34,649 nucleotides of DNA, taken from the IMG/VR virus record IMGVR_UViG_3300020432_000399, positions 1 to 34,649 of that record; one strand, 5' to 3'. The notes below the pieces were generated by a model that saw nothing but the letters and a program-made list of their open reading frames with translations, searched no databases and had not been told where the DNA came from. The DNA comes from a virus. Lineage: Duplodnaviria > Caudoviricetes. This document shows positions 19,073-25,682 of this stretch, piece by piece. The translations under genes and the position numbers were made by a program. Every line of letters starts with the position of its first letter. The first letter of the stretch is position 1.

Positions 19073-19842
19073 AATTTGAATGTTGGGATAGGCTCCATTT
19101 TATGTTTGTTTTGTGTGTTGAATTTTTCTAAAACTGCAACACCAGGTCCCGCACCTGTTTCCATTGCTTCTTCTAACTCTTCATAAGATGCACCTAATTG
19201 TGATTCATCTGTGCGAGAGTCATCCCATAGTCCATCAGTTGGTTGTGCATCAACAATACGTTGATCAACTTCTAAGTATTCACCTAGTTCCCAGACTTCC
19301 GTTTTATAAAGGTCAGCAATAGGGGCGATATCAACACCACCGTCACCATACTTAGTATAAAAACCGACTCCATAATCTTCCACTTTGTTTCCTGTTCCAA
19401 CTACTATACCACCAACTGTACCTGCAATCTGATACAGAGTCACCATACGCATACGTGATTTAGTGTTTGCATTCGCATGCTCACTTGCAGTAAATTCTTT
19501 TTTATCATAGTGCTGTGCCTCAGACCACCACTCAACTGATTTTAAGAAACTTTCATATACACTAGAAAGTTCAACTTCAATTCTTTTTACATTATCATAC
19601 TTTTCTGCAAGTCCTTTTGAATGAACATCAGAAAGTTTTGTATTAGTAAATTTAGAGTCAAGTGGCATACACACAACGTAGGTGGGTAGACCTGTTCTTG
19701 CACATAGAGAGGAGACAACAGCAGAATCAATTCCACCTGATACTCCTACAACAAATGCTTTCATACTATGTTGCCAATAGTAATCTTTTAACCATCCAAC
19801 AATTTTATCTGTTAGATCTTCATAACTGTCAATACGTGTCAT
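19069..19842 (-). CDS. nadE: NH3-dependent NAD+ synthetase
   Basis: GVSGGIDSA, NTKSRMRM, GTGNKVE, FYTKYGDGG, PTDGLW. Confidence 0.95.
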   Translation of the reverse strand: MTRIDSYEDLTDKIVGWLKDYYWQHSMKAFVVGVSGGIDSAVVSSLCARTGLPTYVVCMPLDSKFTNTKLSDVHSKGLAEKYDNVKRIEVELSSVYESFLKSVEWWSEAQHYDKKEFTASEHANANTKSRMRMVTLYQIAGTVGGIVVGTGNKVEDYGVGFYTKYGDGGVDIAPIADLYKTEVWELGEYLEVDQRIVDAQPTDGLWDDSRTDESQLGASYEELEEAMETGAGPGVAVLEKFNTQNKHKMEPIPTFKL

Positions 19843-19843
19843 T

Positions 19844-20947
19844 TTATCCAGAGGCTAATAATTCGAGTTCTTGTTCTGATTGTAGCACATTTTCTTCTGT
19901 TGTGCTGTATAATTGCAAACATATCCAATTATATGTTTTGCGTATTCCTTCTTCAAGTGATTGAGAATAATCCCAACCAAGTTTTTCTCTTACAAGGTCA
20001 TTGTTTGAGTTGCGTCCACGAACACCAAGAGGAGCATCAAGTATATGTTGCTTCTCAACTTTCTTGTTTGCAACCTTAGCTGCTGTTTCAACCAACTGAT
20101 TAATAGTAACCATCTCTTCTGAACCTATATTCACAGGTTCCATGAAGTCTGATTGCATTAATCTCCAAGTTGCTTCGATGCATTCATCAATGAACAGGAA
20201 GGAACGAGTTTGTAAGCCATCTCCCCACACCTCGATGGTTCCACCTTGCGGTGAGAGTTGAGCAACTTTGCGACAGATTGCTGCTGGCGCTTTTTCTCTT
20301 CCTCCATTCCACGTTCCTTCTGGTCCGAAGATGTTGTGGTAACGAGCAACCCTAACAGGGATACCGTAATTACGATTATAAGTGAGATATAACCTCTCTG
20401 AGAAAAGTTTTTCCCATCCATACTCGGAATCAGGGTTAGCAGGGTACGCAGAATTTTCACGACAATCAGGGTTGTTAGGGTCTAGTTGGTTGTGTTCTGG
20501 GTACATACACGCAGAACTGCTATAAAATATCTTTGTCTGATTTACTTTCTTATCTTTGTTTAACTTCTTTTGTTCCTCTAATAAATTTAGATTTATTGAA
20601 GCAGAGTTATGCATGATGTCTGCATCATTCTCTCCTGTAAATATAAATCCTGCACCACCCATATCAGCGGCAAACTGATATATTTCATCAAATGGTTCTA
20701 GAAATTTATCTACGATTTGTGCATAGTAATTACCTTGGTATCCACCAAAACGAATGACTCTACGAACAATTTCTACATCTCTAAGGTCTCCACAAACAAA
20801 TTCATTTGCTTCTGTCCTAGAAAACTCAGGGTATTTTAGATCTACACCTCTTACCCAATATCCTTCTTTACGCAGTCTTTTAACCATGTGACTGCCAATA
20901 AATCCACCTGCACCAAGAACGAGTGCGGTTTTTTTGTACTCTCTCAT
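19844..20947 (-). CDS. GDP-mannose 3',5'-epimerase-like SDR
   Basis: GAGGFIG, FAADMGGAGFI, SSACMYP, YGWEK, GGREKAPAAICRK, GVRGRNSNN (GME family signatures). Confidence 0.85.
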   Translation of the reverse strand: MREYKKTALVLGAGGFIGSHMVKRLRKEGYWVRGVDLKYPEFSRTEANEFVCGDLRDVEIVRRVIRFGGYQGNYYAQIVDKFLEPFDEIYQFAADMGGAGFIFTGENDADIMHNSASINLNLLEEQKKLNKDKKVNQTKIFYSSSACMYPEHNQLDPNNPDCRENSAYPANPDSEYGWEKLFSERLYLTYNRNYGIPVRVARYHNIFGPEGTWNGGREKAPAAICRKVAQLSPQGGTIEVWGDGLQTRSFLFIDECIEATWRLMQSDFMEPVNIGSEEMVTINQLVETAAKVANKKVEKQHILDAPLGVRGRNSNNDLVREKLGWDYSQSLEEGIRKTYNWICLQLYSTTEENVLQSEQELELLASG

Positions 20948-20972
20948 ATCCTATATGAATAGTCGATCAATG

Positions 20973-21006
20973 TATTTAGTATAAGAAAATTAAGGTTGTT
21001 TGTCAA
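20973..21006 (-). promoter_or_regulatory. Dual promoter for the glycan cluster: TTGACA-N17-TATACT overlapping late CTAAATA
   Basis: -35 at 21001-21006, -10 at 20978-20983, CTAAATA at 20973-20979. Confidence 0.7.
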
Positions 21007-21340
21007 CTCTACCATAATCATCTTGTAGTCTTACAATATCATCCTCTCTACACTCTCCTCTCTGCACTTCAATGAATGTCACACCATCAGGACTTGCTTC
21101 CATACGATGGATTGCTTTCTTCGCAATAAACATGTCATCACCATCATTCATAATGAAAACGTTTTTATTTACAATCGCCTTACCAGAACCCTCCACTACT
21201 GTCCAATGCTCATCACGATGATTGTGATACTGTAATGACAGTTTCGTATTTGGTTTTAGATAAATCTTCTTCACCTTATAGTTCTTACCCTCATCAAGGG
21301 TAATAAACCATCCCCACGGTCTAAATTCAAACTTTCTCAT
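20990..21340 (-). CDS. Mannose-6-phosphate isomerase type II C-terminal cupin
   Basis: RPWG, LSLQYH.HR.EHW, IEVQ.G…EDDIVRL.DDYGR. Confidence 0.88.
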   Translation of the reverse strand: MRKFEFRPWGWFITLDEGKNYKVKKIYLKPNTKLSLQYHNHRDEHWTVVEGSGKAIVNKNVFIMNDGDDMFIAKKAIHRMEASPDGVTFIEVQRGECREDDIVRLQDDYGRVDKQP

Positions 21341-21355
21341 TATTATTTTTAAGTG

Positions 21356-21598
21356 CTATACACTCTCAATGTGATCTTCTAATTCTTTAATTAGTTTAGA
21401 TTTGCTATATCTACGATCTAATTCGATCCCAACAGTGCGACCATATTCTTCAAGTTCTTCTTTTGACATATCAGAAAAACCTTTCTCCTCAGAGATTGCA
21501 TCTGCAATTTCCTCTTCTGGTCTAGGTGCTTCTTCAACTGGTTTTGGAACCTCAGTTTTGAGGGTCTTACCAGATATAAGATCTCCAAAATGTGACAT
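21356..21598 (-). CDS. Hypothetical protein with C-terminal HeH/Rho-N-like helical motif
   Basis: MSKEELEEYGRTVGIELDRRYSKSKLI; late promoter ATAAATA at 21626-21632. Confidence 0.65.
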   Translation of the reverse strand: MSHFGDLISGKTLKTEVPKPVEEAPRPEEEIADAISEEKGFSDMSKEELEEYGRTVGIELDRRYSKSKLIKELEDHIESV

Positions 21599-21624
21599 TG
21601 TACTATACTATGTGTTCTACAATT

Positions 21625-21852
21625 TTATTTATCACAAACGTAGCAAGGCACGCCAGCAGGGTCTAACCACTTTGTATACTCAAAGTCTTCGATAGCAGTT
21701 TTCATTTGCATAAAATTATCACAAAGGTACATATCCTTGTATCCATTATGATTATTCCATTTCTGAATACGATAGTCTGGGTGTCCATTCTCTAAGAGAT
21801 CAGGCATCTTTACATACCTGTATGGATCATTCTGGCATAATACTTCAATCAT
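21625..21852 (-). CDS. Cyanophage hypothetical protein
   Basis: Start MIEVLC at 21852 by TAATG coupling; clean ORF. Confidence 0.7.
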   Translation of the reverse strand: MIEVLCQNDPYRYVKMPDLLENGHPDYRIQKWNNHNGYKDMYLCDNFMQMKTAIEDFEYTKWLDPAGVPCYVCDK

Positions 21853-22058
21853 TAGTTTAAGTCCTCTATAATACATTCTATCACAGCATTATAGTCTGCG
21901 TCAGGGTCTTCACCCTTTAAATCAATATATTGTAACCCTTCGTAATATCTTTTTACTTTCTTATATAACTTTGGATATTTAACATCCAAGAAAATTTCTT
22001 TGTTTGCAGCTGCACGGAGAGTGCTTATGTCTTTCTTAAATTTAGTGGTGAGAGTCAT
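21852..22058 (-). CDS. Hypothetical protein (early)
   Basis: ORF directly behind a perfect sigma70 promoter. Confidence 0.7.
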   Translation of the reverse strand: MTLTTKFKKDISTLRAAANKEIFLDVKYPKLYKKVKRYYEGLQYIDLKGEDPDADYNAVIECIIEDLN

Positions 22059-22082
22059 TACTCTTTATCGGTTTACAGGTGT

Positions 22083-22111
22083 ATTATAAGTTCTTCTCTC
22101 TGTCCTGTCAA
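22083..22111 (-). promoter_or_regulatory. Consensus sigma70 (early) promoter TTGACA-N17-TATAAT
   Basis: -35 at 22106-22111, -10 at 22083-22088. Confidence 0.82.
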
Positions 22112-22380
22112 GCTCTGACTATGATATCACCATCATCTTCATCATCGTCATCTTCTTCCTCTGGATTAAAGACTAATAACTCTTCACCGTACTTGATACC
22201 CTCCATTTCTGGATGTGGTGCTGGCATTTTATATGCTCTCATCGCATCACTATACGAATTAACTGGTGTTTTATCAAAAGAGTTCAAGGTTGATCTCATC
22301 ATCATAACCATGTATACACAGGTCATACCGAACACAGCTGCAAAGCACATGAGGTATATAAAAACAGAAATGTCGTTCAT
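22108..22380 (-). CDS. DUF2973-like membrane protein
   Basis: N-terminal TM, PHPEM motif, acidic tail. Confidence 0.65.
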   Translation of the reverse strand: MNDISVFIYLMCFAAVFGMTCVYMVMMMRSTLNSFDKTPVNSYSDAMRAYKMPAPHPEMEGIKYGEELLVFNPEEEDDDDEDDGDIIVRA

Positions 22381-22754
22381 CTAAATGGCCAAACTTTTTG
22401 AATCGGAACCTGTTTTATCTTATCAATAATATCAGTTTCTATCTTATCTAATATATTAACATCTAAATCCATGAATGGGGGAATAATACCCAACATTCTT
22501 AACAATCCGTCAACAAACAGTGCAAGTGTAGTGAATCCAAGAATCATACTAATGACAGTTGCATCACGATTATGCTTTGCCATAGAGGCTTCATCAATCT
22601 TCACTGCTTCTTCAACTGCTTCCTTTACAGCATCAGCGATCAGTGCATCCACTTCGTCTTTAGTGTAGGTATACTTCCTTATCTTCTCCTCAGTGACAGT
22701 TCTCTCTTTCGGAACGTCAGTCAAAGGAAACTCAGTAATTAATTGCCTTATCAT
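22377..22754 (-). CDS. Hypothetical membrane protein
   Basis: HNRDATVISMILGF…DGLLRMLGIIPPF TM segment. Likely start MIRQL at 22754, behind TGGACA-N16-TATAAT (22777-22804). Confidence 0.7.
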   Translation of the reverse strand: MIRQLITEFPLTDVPKERTVTEEKIRKYTYTKDEVDALIADAVKEAVEEAVKIDEASMAKHNRDATVISMILGFTTLALFVDGLLRMLGIIPPFMDLDVNILDKIETDIIDKIKQVPIQKVWPFR

Positions 22755-22782
22755 GGTGGATTTGTTTTTATTATCTATTATA

Positions 22783-22935
22783 TCACTTTTCATATGAATG
22801 TCCAGTAGGTCGTTTTGCTTGCTTTTCCTCACGTAAGCGCTCCAAATCCTGTATCCGTTTTAACATTTCTTGCTTTTTTTCAATATCTTCTATCTTCTTT
22901 TGCACATCTTTAAGTTCTTTTTGGATATCGTCCAT
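22783..22935 (-). CDS. 50-aa coiled-coil microprotein MDDIQKELKDVQKKIEDIEKKQEMLKRIQDLERLREEKQAKRPTGHSYEK
   Basis: Manually translated; heptad pattern; late promoter CTAAATA at 23004-23010. Confidence 0.6.
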   Translation of the reverse strand: MDDIQKELKDVQKKIEDIEKKQEMLKRIQDLERLREEKQAKRPTGHSYEK

Positions 22936-23024
22936 CTCGGTGTAAAAACTCTTCCCCTAATATCTCCTTGCTAATATCACGCAAGTTCCGATGTAGGTAA
23001 TTATATTTAGTAATATATTATATT

Positions 23025-23564
23025 TTAGGTAACTGCTGTTGTATTACCAAAGGTTTCCAATATGGTTATTTTTGTTGTCCTATCATGAGCTCTAGCAGAT
23101 CTGGAATCAGGGTTCCAATAATTACCTGGTCTATTATCACTTTGATTATTTCTAAGACTCCATCCAAGTGAAACTTTTTTATTACCTGCTGAGTTTATCC
23201 CACTTTCACTGGCAGCATACATTCCCTGCCATAAAACAGTACCGAATATGTGGTCATCACCATCGACAGTAGCTGTAGTCCAATGTGCTGACTCATATTT
23301 TAATGCCACATCACTAGATGCAACATCTGTTATTGAAATATACTGACCAACCTGATATGAATACTTACCAGCTACTGGTGTAAATCCCCATAATATTATA
23401 TTTGTATCTGCATATGCCTTTGTAAAATTAAACTCAATCGGAATACCAGTGGCACCATTACTAATTGAAATATTATGTGTTGCATCCTCAAAATGATAGA
23501 TCCTAGCTATGTTTGATGCATACTTTTGGAGTTCGAGTCCAGATGTAGAAAAATTAATAGACAT
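23025..23564 (-). CDS. Putative fibre-tip beta-sandwich protein, paralog 3 of 3
   Basis: Shares KYxSN..I.HF.D.T, LWG.TPV.G and RPG.YWNP…RTT motifs with the two upstream genes. Confidence 0.7.
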   Translation of the reverse strand: MSINFSTSGLELQKYASNIARIYHFEDATHNISISNGATGIPIEFNFTKAYADTNIILWGFTPVAGKYSYQVGQYISITDVASSDVALKYESAHWTTATVDGDDHIFGTVLWQGMYAASESGINSAGNKKVSLGWSLRNNQSDNRPGNYWNPDSRSARAHDRTTKITILETFGNTTAVT

Positions 23565-23566
23565 GG

Positions 23567-24109
23567 TTATGTAATAACTGTTGCGTTACCGTAAATTTCC
23601 CAAATTTGAATATTGGTGGTTCTAGATTGAATTCTGCCATATCTTTCATGTGGATTCCAATAATTTCCTGGTCTTTGACTGGTACCATCACGAAGTTTCC
23701 AACCTAAAAATAAAGTTTTGTTTCCAGCAGAGTTAAGACCTGCTAAACTTGAAGCATTCCAATAACCATGCCAATGGCATGTCCCGTAAATACCATCATC
23801 ACCCATACTGTCAAATGGACTTACATAATGTGCTGCATCATATTTTCGATGGTAGTTAGAACCTGATGTATCACCATTACTTAATGCTGCAAATTCACCT
23901 GCTTGATAAGCATTTTGACCAGAGACAGGAGTTACACCCCAAAGAAGTAGATCAGTATCAGCATATTTTTTAGCAAAAACTGTAGAGATGGCATGATGTT
24001 CCGAATGGTTACTAAGTTGTATATTATGCGTTGCGTCTGAGAAAAAATGTACGTACGCAACATTTGCACCGTATTTCTGAGTTCCGTTAGTAGCAAAATT
24101 GATAGACAT
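23567..24109 (-). CDS. Putative fibre-tip beta-sandwich protein, paralog 2 of 3
   Basis: Same motifs as its neighbours. Confidence 0.7.
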   Translation of the reverse strand: MSINFATNGTQKYGANVAYVHFFSDATHNIQLSNHSEHHAISTVFAKKYADTDLLLWGVTPVSGQNAYQAGEFAALSNGDTSGSNYHRKYDAAHYVSPFDSMGDDGIYGTCHWHGYWNASSLAGLNSAGNKTLFLGWKLRDGTSQRPGNYWNPHERYGRIQSRTTNIQIWEIYGNATVIT

Positions 24110-24111
24110 CT

Positions 24112-24648
24112 TTATGTAAACTTATTAATATTACCGTAAACTTCCATTACAGTTATTTGTGTAGTTCTCTCACGAGCTCTGGCTGATCTTTTATCAGGGT
24201 TCCAATAATATCCTGGTCTTTGATTAGAACTATCTCTTGATTCCCAACCTAATCTAACTCTTTTAGAACCAGCAGTATCCAATCCTGTATCGGTACTATT
24301 CCAACATCCATTCCAATAACAAGATGTGTATCTACCATCATCACCTTGACTAGCTGTTGGTGAAATAAAATGTGCAGCATCATAATATCTTGTATAATTT
24401 GATAATGTAGTGACATCATTTATCTGACAGAAACAACCTGCATGATAAGAACTCTGTCCACTAACGGGTGTATAACCCCATAATACTATACTTGTGTCAG
24501 CAAAACTTTTAGTAAAATCAAATTCAATTGCTATTGCACCATTATTACTACTATGTGATATATTACGAGTCCCATCAGTAAAATGATTAATGCTTACTAT
24601 ATTAGAAGAATATTTTTGTGCATCTCCATTTGCAAAATTAACAGTCAT
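24112..24648 (-). CDS. Putative fibre-tip beta-sandwich protein, paralog 1 of 3
   Basis: Same motifs; TGATG-coupled to the upstream fibre gene. Confidence 0.7.
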   Translation of the reverse strand: MTVNFANGDAQKYSSNIVSINHFTDGTRNISHSSNNGAIAIEFDFTKSFADTSIVLWGYTPVSGQSSYHAGCFCQINDVTTLSNYTRYYDAAHFISPTASQGDDGRYTSCYWNGCWNSTDTGLDTAGSKRVRLGWESRDSSNQRPGYYWNPDKRSARARERTTQITVMEVYGNINKFT

Positions 24649-25235
24649 CAGTCAACCTCTGTCATATTAATTTTAAATTTTTTACCTGTTCTATTGTTTA
24701 TCATGAAAATATCTGTTTCTCCTTCTTGTAAAGTCCAATCACCCCAAGTTCCATCTACACTATTCTGAGAACCTTTATTTGATAGTTCAAGGTCATTAGT
24801 GTATATAACTCTCCAACGTTCGTTCGTGGTTCCTAAATCTGTTGAGTTAGTTGTCGCAGGTTTAAATGTTTTACCAGCAGAAACAACTACGTCTAATGAA
24901 CTTGCTTGAACAATTACATTACCACTACCATCTTTTAAAGCAGTTGCATCAATTCCAGTTAATGCTGACCCATCACCATGAAAAGCAGTTGCAGTACATA
25001 TACCAGTTACACGTAGACCATCTCTAAATGTACCAACTCCCAGAGAATCAACGTTAGTTACATCTTCATATGTTACTGTACCACCAACACCAAGGTTTCC
25101 AGTAACTGTTAAATTAGTAACACTCGCATCTAAAACTGTAGATGTGACAATACCAGTGACTGTGATGCCATTTGGAAAGTCAGGTGCACCATTACCAGCT
25201 CTATTCTTTATACTATCAGCACGAATTATCGACAT
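24648..25235 (-). CDS. Short tail-fibre segment with C-terminal WRxIYTxDL…DGTWG…QEGE…NNRTGKK domain
   Basis: YEDVTNVDS and GDGSALTG fibre repeats; C-domain paralogous to 32626..33177; TATAAATA at 25255-25262. Confidence 0.75.
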   Translation of the reverse strand: MSIIRADSIKNRAGNGAPDFPNGITVTGIVTSTVLDASVTNLTVTGNLGVGGTVTYEDVTNVDSLGVGTFRDGLRVTGICTATAFHGDGSALTGIDATALKDGSGNVIVQASSLDVVVSAGKTFKPATTNSTDLGTTNERWRVIYTNDLELSNKGSQNSVDGTWGDWTLQEGETDIFMINNRTGKKFKINMTEVD

Positions 25236-25262
25236 TAGATTAAGACTTTTTTAGTATTTATA

Positions 25263-25682
25263 TCACTGAACATCTTTTGTGTTCACTGCTAGTTGATAAG
25301 CATCAACTACAAATTCCTCACCATCAGCAATAATCAGTTCAACTGTGCCAGGTGCGGTTCCAACTACAACCTCTTGAAACTTCGTATATATTTTACCAGG
25401 ATTACCAGACGCTCTGGATAGAGTTGTAGTCGTAGATATTGTTGTTGCATCATCTGTTTCATAAAATATAGTTGCAGATCCACTATTACCAACTGGTACA
25501 TCTGATGCGACTACACCAGTTAAATTTGATCCATCACCATAATATGTGACAGTTCCACCTTGAGTTGCTGTAACTATACCTGATACATTAAGACCCGTTG
25601 CATGTAGAAAACTATTACCAATGCGATAACCATCGCCTGGTTCTGTTCCTATTCCTGCTGGTGCGACTTTGGTGAATGACAT
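25263..25682 (-). CDS. Short tail-fibre segment/connector
   Basis: SGIVTAT and YYGDGSNLTG repeats; C-domain similar to that of 29310..29651. Confidence 0.7.
   Translation of the reverse strand: MSFTKVAPAGIGTEPGDGYRIGNSFLHATGLNVSGIVTATQGGTVTYYGDGSNLTGVVASDVPVGNSGSATIFYETDDATTISTTTTLSRASGNPGKIYTKFQEVVVGTAPGTVELIIADGEEFVVDAYQLAVNTKDVQ

Noticed and set aside
20948-20990. wcaG or manA RNA motif expected upstream of cyanophage sugar genes
   Set aside because: The intergenic space is only ~40 nt, is occupied by promoters, and shows no convincing stems
6608-22160. (CAT)n microsatellite-like tracts at ~6608-6628 and ~22130-22160
   Set aside because: They simply encode poly-Asp/Glu tails in frame; no evidence of phase variation
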